The position numbers and the translations under genes are program-made. Below the pieces are notes generated by a model. That model was not told the DNA's origin and did not search any database. It saw only the letters and a program-made list of their open reading frames with translations. Positions 35,870 to 48,716 of a DNA stretch of 64,000 nucleotides are shown here, piece by piece (the first letter of the stretch is position 1; each line of letters opens with the position of its first letter). The stretch is from Tubiluchus corallicola (taxonomy: Eukaryota; Animalia; Priapulida): the NCBI GenBank assembly GCA_030141605.1, contig JAQGDQ010000679.1, positions 1 through 64,000 on the forward strand, read 5' to 3'.

Positions 35870-36800
35870 TGATTCTTTTCAAAAATTTTAGGCGAGCCTT
35901 TGCTTCTTGTTCCTCAAAAGATGTAAACCCGTTTCACCTCTAGTAGCAGCGTCACTGCATCCTTTTACTTTCCAGAGCCATCTTGCAAATTCTTCTTGTA
36001 TGCTGTTATACCAATCAACTTCCTTTTGGCTGTTCACACAACCAAACATTATTTTAGGGACTACATTTGCTTTCCAACCTGTTCTCTCTATTTCTAATCT
36101 TGCTTCTCATTGCATTGCCGCAAATTTTACAACACATGTAGTTCTTCTAATATCCGGTATTCTTTCTTAACAGCTATGATCATCGTCTATGGCTCTTATC
36201 CCCAGGATATTTTTCTCTTTCAGTTGCATATATAAATATGTCACCTATCCCAAAGATTTTGTTATCATTACCTCCACAGAAGAGAATTAATTCACACTTA
36301 GTCGTACTGAATTTCATGCCAAACTCTTTTACAAGATCATGAGCAATCTTTAACCACATCAACATATCCACTTCAAATTCTGTAATTAGCGCGGTGTTGT
36401 CAGCAAAAACTAATTTACTCACTATTATATTCTCATCTATTTTGTATCGTTTTTCTGATCTGCTTATTTCTTTTAACATTTTATTAATATAAAGTGGGAA
36501 AAATATAGAGGACATGGGAGGGTTCACCCTGCTTTACAACTGACGTTGCCATTACGTTGCCATTTGTTTGCCCTCGAAACAAATCCGACATTAAAACCAT
36601 GGTACCATGATTTCCAAAATTCAACAAAGCATTTCTCTGTACCTAAATGCGTCAACACTCGCCACAATTTTTGTTGGTCAACATGGTCAAGTTTTTCTAT
36701 GTCTAACATCACCCACCACCCAAAGGCTTCGTTCCTATATAATAGTTATTTCTCTTAAAACAGTCAATATACGCACATAAGTTGTCGTCCAACCTTCTGT
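35870..36800 (-). mobile_element. Degenerate non-LTR reverse transcriptase
   Basis: MMLDIEK.DHVD..KLW, G..MSSIFFPLYIN, LVFADNTALI (FADD-like), GMKFSTTKC; several frameshifts. Confidence 0.7.
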
Positions 36801-37203
36801 AGGACATGTCAAAGTAGGCAATGAGCATTACAATATTTTTTTTAATTTCTCGATCAGTGAGCACCGATTGTTTTAGTAAAGATAACTTCTGATTATAAAT
36901 AAGCGGGAAAACTCGTGTAGTTCGACACTGCGAAAGAAACTGAAAGAAAAGAAGACCTGTATTTTAATATCCCAAGCAGAGGTCGTTATGAAGGATTTAG
37001 TGATCGAGGTCAAAGCAAAGACAAACAGTTTCTGCTTACTTACACACGTTTTCTGTGCAGTTTCTTTCACTGTGGATTTATGTAGAGGTGACAGAGGTAT
37101 CCCGGGTATATGGTTCACCATTCGTTGTCACTATGCATTAGTAACTGTTGGAACAATTTAATGTCAGGCGGTTTTTATCACACGTACGTTCAATTGTTTG
37201 TAG

Positions 37204-37284
37204 ACTACAAGAAGATCCACCAGCCGGCGTAAGCGGAGCACCAACTGAAAATAATATCATGTTATGGAATGCTGTTATATTTGG
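37204..37284 (+). CDS. UBE2A: UBE2A/Rad6 exon 2
   Basis: TTTGTAG|A; [27 protein letters not shown]; donor GG|GTAAGA; 81 nt. Confidence 0.96.
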
Positions 37285-37817
37285 GTAAGATGCTTTTGTT
37301 TATAAATCATCACAGAGAGTAAGTAGAAATTACAATGTAATACAAGAGGTTGAAAATTGGCGGACATAGAGCACAGAGTTCTGGTAAACTTGTGTGTCTG
37401 CCGGGTGTGGCAAACAGGTCATTTGATCCTCCCTGGATCAGGCATCCTAACAGAGGGCGAGGGGTTTCAAGTTGGAACCTTATAATTAATTCCCGAAGGA
37501 GTGTCGGGAGTCGGAAATTTCTATCTCTGCCTGACTCAGTAGTATTGTAAATTACCTGATATAATATTGTCACTCCGGCTTAAGAGGCCAGGCCGGCGGT
37601 CAAGTGGTCACTACGAACAGTGACAAAACCACACAGTTTTAAGTCACATCAGTTCACGTTTATCTGGAAAGTTTCTTCTTTTTCTTTTGTACACTTTCTT
37701 CCGCATTTTTATCTCATAATTTTTATGATTTTTGCTCACAAGAACTTGCAAGCACTCTAATCCTCTTCAGTCTTAACGTAGAAAAAACCGTTCAGCTCTC
37801 TGCTCCACTTTACCAGG

Positions 37818-38698
37818 TGTAGTGCACAAGCCACTATGGCATGGCTTCATCAGGACCAGTCAATGTTGCCATTGTTGAAAAGACAAAACAACATGTTTAC
37901 CAGTGACCACATTAGTGATCGAACTGACGTGATATTAATCAGTGATAGGCTGATTTATTACTAAACTGGATATACAAATCCACCAAGCAATACTGACTCT
38001 GCTTAACACCAACTTTAACAATAACTGCACTTTAACACCGGGGGCTTCCTTTGCAACTTTTCCAAGGAGGAAGGCAAACGGATATACTCCTACTATCACA
38101 GTTATTGTCACATCATACTTTTAGGATGGAGTTGTTTTCATTTAAACCCCAAAATCAGTTAGATATCGGCATGTCACACTATCTGTTTATGGCTAATTCT
38201 TTTATATGTTATTTTTAATTCAGGGTTTCCGCATTGTAATCCTCTTTTCATATGTCAATATATATAATATCGTGATCAGTAATCAGTATAATGTGCAGCT
38301 ACAGTGCTCCGAACCCATACCTTAGCTGTAGATGCTCATTGCGCTCGCCTGACCACACTCTTACGACACCATGGGGCCCGAGGGTGTGACAATAACTGTG
38401 ATATCCCTTTGCCTCCCTCATTGGAAAAGTTGCAACGGAAGCCCCCTGTGTAAAAGTGCAGAGCGCATTGTTAAAGTTGGTGTTGAAAGAGCAGAGTCAG
38501 TGTTGCTTGGTGGATCTGTATAACCAGTTTAGTAATAAATCAGCCTATCACTGATTAATATCACATCAGTTCGATCACTAATGTGGTTACTGATAAACAG
38601 TTTGTTTTGTTTTTTAAATAATGTTGGTAAGATCTCTTCATTAGTGGGAACATTGTCTGGTCCTGATGAAGCCATGCCATAGTGGCTTGTGAACTACT
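37818..38698. mobile_element. Foldback element with ~300-bp inverted arms
   Basis: 37818-38112 is the reverse complement of 38385-38698, with high similarity (e.g. CACAAGCCACTATGGCATGGCTTCATCAGGACCAG is perfect). Confidence 0.85.
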
Positions 38699-40812
38699 TA
38701 ACTATCCTATTTTTGACTATTTGGAGTAAGAAATGTGGTATTTCCTGTCTGTGGTTTTGCACCTTTGATAATCTGTAACGCTTCGTCAAGGTGGCTATCG
38801 AGGAGCCTAAACACGCTGGGGTTTCTTATTTGTTTTTCAATACAGCTCTGCAAATCCCAACCAGCTGTTAACAACAGCCTGTCACAGCAACAGATAGTCG
38901 TGGTTTTGAACTTAAAGACCAACATCAAACTAATAATCAAGGATAGTCGCCTACGATGAGTTGTTTTACCAGCAACTGTGTTTTAGTCACATGCAAATGC
39001 TTGTTCTCTAACAGTGAGTAAAACAGCTCGGGTGGTGTATCAATTTGTCAAGGCTCTTTTGGTAGCGGTCACTCAACCACTCATAGCTGGCATGACGCAC
39101 AATTTTGCAAGCCAAACACACGGGGTGATAGCTCTGCTATCTACTTTTGCCTGTAGGTGTTCATGGCATTCACATATCTATATTGTACGTTGCTCCATGT
39201 ACAGTAGATGAAGCCAGACTGCGATGTTTGTATGTTTACATTCACTTTTTGCCATTCCTGCAAAAACTCTTGCGCTGGTGATGGAATGGATGCTGTTGTC
39301 AACATTCCCGTGAATTCTGCAGAAACAAACTTAGAGAACTCTGACTGTATCCAGCCAGAAAAGCTAAACACTGAAGTGATGCTAGAAAAATAATTTAGTA
39401 CTCGAAGCCATGTTTCAGCGTTTCTTTTGCTTGAGTAATTTTCTGGCTTCATTAGTCAGCAGCTTTCCAGGAGCTATTTTACAGCTGACCTCATCAGCTG
39501 ACTGGTTTGGAAGAAAGCCAGTTTTGTTTCAGCCGCGTGTCCCGGAAATTCGATCTCGCAGTCATGTGACTCCAATGGCTTCCACTGGAGATTTGAGCAA
39601 TAAAGTTCATCGTCACTGAAAGCTGGCAATGCTTCAGCTGCTGCGAAAGAATTTCACTGCTGCTTTGTGTTTAAATGAAAATTTACCTTCAGACTTCCAT
39701 GCTGTACTTAAATTTGGCTTCGCAACATAGACACACATCTTTTTGTGCAGTGTACACATATGATACCATTAAATCATTTTTTTCTCTTGAAGAAATGTTC
39801 AAGATACTTTTGTTATTTTATTATCGGCTACAATGTTTCCTGGTTATATAGTTCTGTCTGAGTCTTGCAGATTTCCATAAGTTTTGTTGCGGTAATTACA
39901 TTAATAAGAACAATGATGCTATAGCGTACATTGTACCAGTTCTTTGTGAGATACTGTGGTCTCGAAAGTCACTATACTTTACATTTTCTACATTTATAAC
40001 AGACAAAGTAAAATGTTTGAAAATTGGCACAGATGAACGGAAAACTTTGGGCAGTTCTTTTAGTCAAATTGACGAACATCTGAAAAGAACTATTGCACAA
40101 GTAGGATTTGTTCTTCTCTTCGCTACATTCTGTGGGGGGACCTCAAAAGCTTCATAGACCAATCCAATGGCAAGTCTGGTATCATGCATTGAAAGGTCTA
40201 CCACATTGAGATATGGTTGCACTTTGTTGAGAAACTACTTTGTTAATAGTGAGAGAATAGCATTTATCCATATGGTGCTCTGAATTTCTGGTGAGGTTCA
40301 GTCGGTGATTGAAGAACCTCCTCGTACCTGGCGTGAGTGATGGTGTTTTAGATCTCACTTCTAATGTTGGTGTCGTCGTCATGGCAATGGGGTTGCTGTC
40401 AAAAAATAAATGAAAAGAATTATCATAGGTCTAATGATTCATGTAAGAGTTTGCTGAGATTGAAAAAAATTAAAAAGAAAACTGGAAGTCGCTTTTGAGA
40501 CACCCTACATTTCATTGTACACGTGGCAGACAATTTTTAAATAGTTTTTGTTCTGAAACACATCAATATTGTAGCTGTTATTGTTCAATTATCTATTTGA
40601 GATGTGCTGAGTGAAAGTTCTTCGCTGTCTTAGACGAGTAAGAATGCTCATTAATTTTTACATTTAAAAAAATATTATTTATTATTATTTGTAAAATATA
40701 TCAACTTACACATTTATTTGTATTTTCTGTTACAAAATTGTTATACACAGTTAACTCTCAGCTGATGTCCAGTCACCTAAAAACTAATCAGAATTATCCA
40801 TGTTAATTTCAG

Positions 40813-40928
40813 GCCACATGAGACGCCATTCGAAGACGGAACATTCAAATTAACGCTAGAATTCACCGAGGAATATCCAAATAAACCGCCAGCGGTGCGC
40901 TTTATATCCAAGATGTTTCATCCGAATG
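40813..40928 (+). CDS. UBE2A: UBE2A/Rad6 exon 3
   Basis: TTTCAG|G; [38 protein letters not shown]; donor G|GTAAGT; 116 nt. Confidence 0.96.
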
Positions 40929-41450
40929 GTAAGTGCATCATAATTATAACACTATGCCAGTCTTGAGTAGCAGTTCTTGAGTAGCACGGTTAATAGAATT
41001 CGGCACGGCAGTTATAATATTGTTGCCAACATTAAACCATGTTTTGTTAAGCCATCTTAGCCATAAGAAATCTTAGCATTTTTGCTGAAACTGGAAGTTA
41101 AAATCGTAATGTGGTGCACTCTTTTTCATAGGGATTCTCGTGCTGGAAGTTGTTCGAGATAAGCGGGGAATTTTAGTTTGATTCTGATAAATCGCATTGG
41201 GAAGTCGGTTAGAGTTATGCGATAATTCAGATTTCGGGTTAAGCATTGTCTGGTACCGGGGAAAAACGAAAGAAAAAATCCGTTTCACGAAATCTGTTTG
41301 AGATACGCAAGAATTCGAGTTATACGTTGTTCAACTCGACTAAATGTATTGACAATGTAAATTTTACATATACTGCTTGTAATTTTTAAGCAGTCGTTCT
41401 GTGCACTGATCGGCTGCTCATGATTTTCCAATTTTTTTTTCTTTATCTAG

Positions 41451-41539
41451 TTTATGCTGATGGCAGTATATGTCTAGATATTCTACAGAATAGATGGAGT
41501 CCAACCTATGACGTGTCAGCCATTCTAACGTCTATTCAG
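41451..41539 (+). CDS. UBE2A: UBE2A/Rad6 exon 4 (catalytic Cys)
   Basis: CTTTATCTAG|TT; [30 protein letters not shown]; donor CAG|GTACGT; 89 nt. Confidence 0.96.
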
Positions 41540-42100
41540 GTACGTGATTATCATGTTCTGACACCGTAACATCCCCTGAAATAGCCGATACTTAAACTGG
41601 ATGCCAACACAAAAATATAGGAAAAGTAAACTTTATTCTTAACGAATGAACATGGCTGAATGCACTTCGACAAGTGTACATTCATATGCCCTGCACGTAG
41701 TACCCTGGCGAAACAATGTTATTCATGATCTAAAGCAGCACTATGGTACAGATAGTGAGGTCGTTTTCAAATAACAACTCGCGATGCATATGAAACTAGT
41801 ATCTTCATGTAAAACACTGAAATGTGGGGCTTCGGGAAGCAGAAATAAATGTATTTCACAGAGGCCTACTCAGAAAAATCGTAAAAATAAAATGGTCATA
41901 TCATTTCAAATGAGCTGCTGCATAACAGAACCAAAGAAGAACATTGGAGCACTAAAATCAGAATTAGAAAACTAAAATGGGGAGGACAATTAATGAGATT
42001 GACAGAAACAACACCGGTAAGATTAGCATTAAACGAAGCACTGAAAACTACTAAACTACCTCCGGGCAAACCAAACCTGGATATCAAGAATTAATAAAGA

Positions 42101-42840
42101 CTAGCGAAGGCCCTGCAAAAAAATTTGCTTATAAATACATGTATAATCAAAAATACGCAAACATCCTACCTAGTGTTTGCTTACTTACCTAACGCAAAGC
42201 CAGTAGCAGCAGCTTTTACTGAATTAAAGTTATAAGCAGAGTATAATGGATGACGTCAGAACAATGGCTTTGCGTCAGCAGTTTTCTATGCGAAAATTGC
42301 CGAAAATCGAGCATCTAATTAACTCGTCATCACTCCTCTTGGTGGACATGTCCTAAAATGCAGCCCACATCATCATGTAGCCCTGTTCTTTCTGTTTCTA
42401 AAGAGCTGTATATCTCCTTCCGAGAATCCCACCAGGCTCCGCTATAACGTTTTTTCCACAGGCTGTTTGATCAAAATTTCGAAAAAATCGCGAGCTGGGT
42501 CCAGGTAAACGCCCGTTGTGGGACGCCGTGGCCCTCTCACAAATTCTAAATATGCCTATGACACCCACCGCTGAATGGGCTATCTATCCATGGCCGGCAC
42601 CGCCCCCGGCCCGTTCCAGTTCTTCAGAAATAAATGATATAAGTTTTGCAAAAAACGAATTTTTGTAGGATTTTCACATCCCGGTTGGCCCGATTCGAAA
42701 AATAAACTTGCAATGGCACGACACTAGATCGAGACCTTTCGTTTGATATATAGATCGCCGCAAATGCTGCTGCCGTCGGAGCTGTAGCCTCGAATCTTAT
42801 ACATATATATATAACATACCAGTAGAATTAATATATACGA
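42101..42840 (-). mobile_element. Non-autonomous Helitron-like element
   Basis: On the minus strand it reads A|TCGTATAT...GCAAATTTTTTTGCAGGGCCTTCGCTAG|T: 5'-TC, subterminal hairpin, 3'-CTAG, inserted between A and T. Confidence 0.5.
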
Positions 42841-44462
42841 TTCACAGCTACTTAGACCAAACTTAACAATAGCATCACAGGAATTGAAAATTTTAGCTAC
42901 AGACAGGAAACAGTGGAGTGCTATAATATAGGCTCTATGTTTACAGCAACAGAAGATTAACATGTGAATCACAACAGACGCTGTTCCACTCATTAGTATT
43001 TAATATTAGCGTTTAATAACAAATGGCTATTTGCTTTATGTACAAGATTGTGTTTTAGTAACACACCACAAGAAGTTATTCTCAAATTTCCAAAAGTCGG
43101 TGAGGCCCTGTGTAGCAACTACGTAGTGAAGCAATGCTTTCACTCCGTCTCATAACACCGTAGCATTTTTCTCTTGTTTTGTATAGTGTGTTCCTTTAAC
43201 TATCGTCCTCTCTAAAAGATCGTGTAGATTCAGTTTTTCACTGACTCATTCTAATGCGCATGCTCGATTGACTGCATCTTGCACCCAACCTCGAGTACCA
43301 AAATGTTGTATATGTATAATGTCAGAAAAGTAAACTCATTGCTACTTATTTAAGTTTAAATTTCGCAAAAAATTATTGTTATAAACAAAAACTAAATGCC
43401 ATGTCGTCACGTTACAATATGAAGTTAGCAACGGTGCCAATCTTTTTCAACAGAAAGTAAGAAATGAAAAGTTTGCACGATCAGTAATTCAAAATGAGTT
43501 TAGATGTAGTGTTCTCGAACACTGCTAACCGCTGGGCAGTAAATCAAGTTTAATTCACTGTAGTCTGAAGAGGTTGCAGTTAGTGGTCATAGTTTCTTGA
43601 AAAAAACAGTAATTTCAAACAAGAATGCTCGTTAAGGCTCGTTAACGACGATAAGTCTTGTTTCTGCACGTGACAAATCAGCTGTAATGTAATTGATTTA
43701 CACTTGTTAATGCCACTTGTTTGGTGACTGAACTTTAGGGTATTTTTTGCAAGCAGTTCCTCAATGGTAAACCCCTTTCCCAACGCTCCCCATCACACAT
43801 CCACAAATTAATTTATCCTGTATAATGTACCTGTTGGGCTTAAACAAGTGTTACTGTGTACTAATAGAGTTGTCTAATTACCTGCTGGCGTTTGATTTCA
43901 TTTGCAATTGAATTTATGGCCCCGTGGTACATCCGGGGTCTTCGGGAGCGGAGCAATTACATTTCTGTAAGTTCTGGCACTCTTGGCTAAATTGTCCTTC
44001 AGCATTTTCATCAGAAAATTTTTGAAATCCTAACTACTCTTTTTCATATGCATCCATCTCACTAGCTTCATTTTCTTCTATAGTTCATCAAAGCTTCTTT
44101 TTGTTGTTCAATATCACCGCTTGCCATTTTTTTATTATTTATTTATTCCGCCCTTGAAGAGTTGCCTATTTTGCCTAGTGGTAGAACCAGCCATGTTGGC
44201 ACATTGTATTCGACAGCAGTTTATCGCCTTCCCAGTGTGCAACACTGATTCACCGAAAAAATATGTTATTAATATTAATTACGCCTTGAAGTAATTTATA
44301 CTTATATCTTTTCAAACTTTATGCAATGTTATCTAAACGTATTTCAGATGTGCCTAGCGGTCATCGTCGGAGTTTAAATTTTCAAGTTCTGCTAATACAA
44401 GCTCTGCATGCGCTGGGGCTGTATGCAATATTTTGGGCGTTTTTTTTTCGGTTTATGTAAAC

Positions 44463-44555
44463 AGTAGTAGTAGTAGTGGTAGTAGTAGTAGTAGTAGTAG
44501 TAGCAGCAGCAGTAGTAGTAGTAGTAGTACTAGTAGTAGTAGTAGTAGTAGTAGT
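44463..44555. repeat. (TAG)n microsatellite, probably the tail of the adjacent minus-strand LINE
   Basis: Seen directly. Confidence 0.9.
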
Positions 44556-44559
44556 AAAA

Positions 44560-45510
44560 TCTTTATTTGCCATTTTAAAAACATTGACCATCATAATAAA
44601 ATACAGACAGTCAATGTTAGTTCATATACAAAACATACACTGTTCTGTGAAAATGCGTCTGGTGCAAGCTAAACTATAAGTGCAACTAGAAATTCAAAAA
44701 TAAAATATAAACTAGTTTAGTAAGGTCTAGGAAAAATGAAATTATGATTTGAGTAAGTATCATCGTGTTCGTATGTTGGATATTCAAAACGAGTCATTAA
44801 ATGTTTTTTTTTAATTTAGACTTGAATATTGATAAAGAGCTGCTGTGTTTTAGTGATGTCGGTAATGAATTCCAAAGTTGCATTGCTTGCTTAGTAATGG
44901 AATTCTTTCCATATTGATTGTTCGTTCCAATGTTTCTTAAATTTAGTGTTCTGTTATTCATACTGGGGTTTTTAAGAAGTGGGAGCTTATTGTTTTTGAA
45001 AAGAGAATTAATATTGTTGATATATTTATAGAGAAACAGGAGAGTTTGATAATCTCTGTGGGCTTCTAGTATCGGGATTTTCATGGAGATGAAGTAAAGA
45101 TGAAGTGGATGTATCAGAATGAAACAGTGAACGTCATGAACATGTTTTGTTTGGCTACAAAATTCACAAAACTTCCATGTGAAATGAATTTTGAACTCAG
45201 ACAGTCTGAAATATTTAAACGCATTCGAAAGGAACTATTTTTGACATTCGTTTAGTCGTCATTATTTCGCACCAAATGAAAAGCAAACAATATACATTAA
45301 AATGTGTACACAAATAAAAAGTAGCATAAGAATGAGGGGGGTGTGGGGAGCATCTCATGTTTCTTAAATTTAGTGTTCTGTTACTCATACTGGGGTTTTT
45401 AAGAAGTGGGAGCTTATTGTTTTTGAAAGGATAATTAATATTGTTGATATATTTATAGAGAAACAGGAGAGTTTGGTAATCTCTGTGGGCTTCTAGTATT
45501 AAGATTTTTG
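44560..45510 (-). mobile_element. LINE 3' relics, with a segment duplicated at 44930-45083 and 45357-45510
   Basis: ..YGKNSITKQAMQLWNSLPTSLKHSSSLSIFKSKLK is a typical CR1/L2-group ORF2 C-terminus. Confidence 0.65.
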
Positions 45511-45618
45511 TGGAGTTTCTTAAAGAGGTGGCAGAATATTTACTTGTATTGTGAGATGATTTCAAAGAGTTCTCTTGTCCGCCGTTAAATATTTTGCAAA
45601 GTTTTATTTTTGTTTCAG

Positions 45619-45807
45619 TCTCTTCTAGATGAGCCAAATCCAAATAGTCCTGCCAACAGTTTAGCTGCTCAGTTGTATCAGGAGAATAAGAGGGAGTATG
45701 AGAAGCGCGTAGCCACCATCGTTGAACAAAGCTGGCTTGGTTTCTGCGACGATTCGGAGCCGGGAGCTGCAGGAAAATCATCAGAGCCGGGTGCAAGCAC
45801 CAGCTAG
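45619..45807 (+). CDS. UBE2A: UBE2A/Rad6 last coding exon
   Basis: TGTTTCAG|TCT; [39 protein letters not shown] plus a tail, TAG at 45805-45807. Confidence 0.96.
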   Translation, partial: SLLDEPNPNSPANSLAAQLYQENKREYEKRVATIVEQSWLGFCDDSEPGAAGKSSEPGASTS

Positions 45808-47677
45808 AAAATGCCGCATCTAGTCACTTAACTAGTCTGTGTTACCTTCTGTATAGTTGTAATGAATATTAAGCTATAATTAACTAATGGTGTATAGGAT
45901 TATATATATATATATATGTGTGTGTGTATATATATATAAAACACTTGAGCTCTAAACTATGATAGGCAATCGTCTAATAACAGAGCGATATTTGACTTAA
46001 CGTGCTTATTAAACTTCAAGCTGCTAGCACTGATTACCGTATATCTACTATGTAGAATGTAGTTCTGAACAAAATGTATAAATTAAGTATTTAATCGTTG
46101 TATTTACGCACTGGTTGAAGATACTTGCTCGTTGGCAAGTGAAGTATGTTTCTCGTTCAAATGTACTTTGATTTTACGTGTAAGTGTGCAAGTAAATGGT
46201 ACGGCAGTGTACATTAGTGTGTGAATCTATTAAAAGCAAATGTGAAACTTGTGTTTGAAACTGTTAAGGACTCTGAAAAATTGTGGAAAGAAAAAATTGC
46301 TAAATAGCCAAAAACTGTGTCCAAAAAACAATAAGTAAGCATTGCACTTGTAATTAAGTGTAGAAAGTATTAAAACTCTCGTCAAGCTAAATGGAACCGC
46401 TTTTTTCGTGTTTCTCCATGTGTTCCTTTATTTACTAAATTACTCTGCATGCAGACTTGTATACCCCGAATTGTATCTTACAGAAACATACAGTATGTAC
46501 TAGTTTCGTAGTTTTCAAGTAAGCAAACAGTTTATAATATTTTATTGTCCTAAAAAATGGTATGCTGAATTGATGATATTATGAGTGTGGAGGCCTTGAG
46601 AATTGGCACACGAGTTGTAAACTACAAAACTTGTAAATATGATTGCATAGCGGAGTTGCATTATGTAGTTAATCGTTTGGTTGTCGAGTGTTAATATCGT
46701 ATTTTATTATGTTTGTATGTAAATTTTTTTAGTTTTTACATTTCAGGATTTAGTTGTTATCGTAATTACTTTACATAGGACTGTTAATTTCTTATTTATT
46801 GTTGTCTGTAAACCCAGAAATGGGGAAACGATCTAGTATGCGAAATATGCAATTTTTGGATATACTTGTTATCTAACAGTATTTAGGTTTGTCGAAATAA
46901 TTCAGCAGCCGTATGAATTTATCTTTATACTTCATTTAACTATCTTGTTATTTTTCAAAAATGTAATTTGTTGGCGGCAGAATTGAATGTTTTTGTTCAT
47001 AGGAGGCACCACTGTGAATATAGAACAGGAGAAATTATAATAAGTTATTGGTTTTGTAACGCGTCAACTGTTTGGTAATGCGTAGTGCATTCTTTGTGGA
47101 AACACTGTGTACAATTTCATATCTCATTTGACTATCTCATCTCAAAATGCTGCACTACAGAACTTAACTAGGCTTTGACCTCTGATTATATTTGTCATTG
47201 TATTTTATTAAAAAGTATCAGCTTAAAAAAATTGCAACACACTTGACTTTTACTCGTTTTGTAACAACTTTGAATGCTAAAGCTGTACCAGTTATCATGC
47301 TTTGCAAAAATTCATCTATAACATTGCACGTTTCCACGTCCAGAATTTCTATAGCATAGTACTGAACATTGCTTTCTTAGGTGTTGTGGAGCTACATGAC
47401 TTGCTCTCAAAATGAGTCCACGGTGGAGTTTGCTTATACACATAAATAAATCATTGTACATATAAGAACTGCAGAATTTACATACAGTACTTGAAAGCAG
47501 TCTCAAATGTTACATACTTGGTACTGTTTCACTAGTTGGTGCTGCTATGCACTAATTGATTTTAGTGACTTAATAAATTTCAATTGCATCACATTAGATG
47601 AGCCTGAGTTTTTTGTTTGCGAAAGTGTCTAGCCCGAGTGACAGCAGCAGCGAAACATTGCACCGAAGCAGCAACTG

Positions 47678-48716
47678 CCAGGAGGAACCTGACCAGGATT
47701 CTGGTTTCAAATGTCGGGAGGAACCTGACCAGGATTCTGGTCTCAAATGTCGGGAGGAACCTGACCAGGATTCTGGTCTCAAATGTCGGGAGGAACCTGA
47801 CCAGGATTCTGGTCTCAAATGTCGGGAGGAACCTGACCAGGATTCTGGTCTCAAATGTCGGGAGGAACCTGACCAGGATTCTGGTCTCAAATGTCGGGAG
47901 GAACCTGACTAGGATTCTGGTTTCAAGTAACGGGAGGAACCTGGCCAGGATTCTGGCTTCAAGCATTGGGAGGAACCTGATCAGGATTCTGGTTTCAAAT
48001 GTTGGGAGGAACCTGGCCAGGATACTGGTTTCAAGCGCCAGGAGGAACCTGGCCAGGATTCTGGTTTCAAGCGCCAGGAGGAACCTGACCAGGATTCGGG
48101 TTTCAAGTAACGGGAGGAACCTGGCCAGGATTCTGGCTTCAAGCATTGGGAGGAACCTGATCAGGATTCTGGTTTCAAATGTTGGGAGGAACCTGGCCAG
48201 GATTCTGGTTTCAAGTAACGGGAGGAACCTGGCCAGGATTCTGGCTTCAAGCATTGGGAGGAACCTGATCAGGATTCTGGTTTCAAATGTTGGGAGGAAC
48301 CTGGCCAGGATACTGGTTTCAAGCGCCAGGAGGAACCTGGCCAGGATTCTGGTTTCAAGCGCCAGGAGGAACCTGACCAGGATTCTGGTTTCAAGTAACG
48401 GGAGGAACCTGGCCAGGATTCTGGCTTCAAGCATTGGGAGGAACCTGATCAGGATTCTGGTTTCAAATGTTGGGAGGAACCTGGCCAGGATACTGGTTTC
48501 AAGCGCCAGGAGGAACCTGGCCAGGATTCTGGTTTCAAGCGCCAGGAGGAACCTGACCAGGATTCGGGTTTCAAGCGCCAGGAGGAACCTGGCCAGGATT
48601 CTGGTTTCAAGCGCCAGGAGGAACCTGACCAGGATTCTGGTTTCAAGCGTCGGGGAAGAACCTGACCAGGATTCTGGTCTCAAATGTCGGGGAAGAACCT
48701 GGCCAGGATTCTGGCT
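47678..48716. repeat. 36-bp minisatellite, about 29 copies, with higher-order structure
   Basis: Unit GGAGGAACCTG(AC/GC/AT)CAGGATTCTGGT(T/C)TCAA + 7 variable nt. Confidence 0.95.

Noticed and set aside
37336-37625. Possible solo LTR (TG...CA bounded, GC-richer) in UBE2A intron 2
   Set aside because: No matching TSD and no second copy in the window.
39000-40400. Coding-like short ORFs in UBE2A intron 2
   Set aside because: Fragmented in all frames, no recognisable motif or splice chain; probably decayed transposon sequence.
44382-44679. Poly-Thr/Ser/Val ORFs
   Set aside because: (TAG)n microsatellite translations.
45215-45796. 193-aa minus-strand ORF overlapping the UBE2A last exon
   Set aside because: Chance fusion of antisense UBE2A sequence with a LINE relic.
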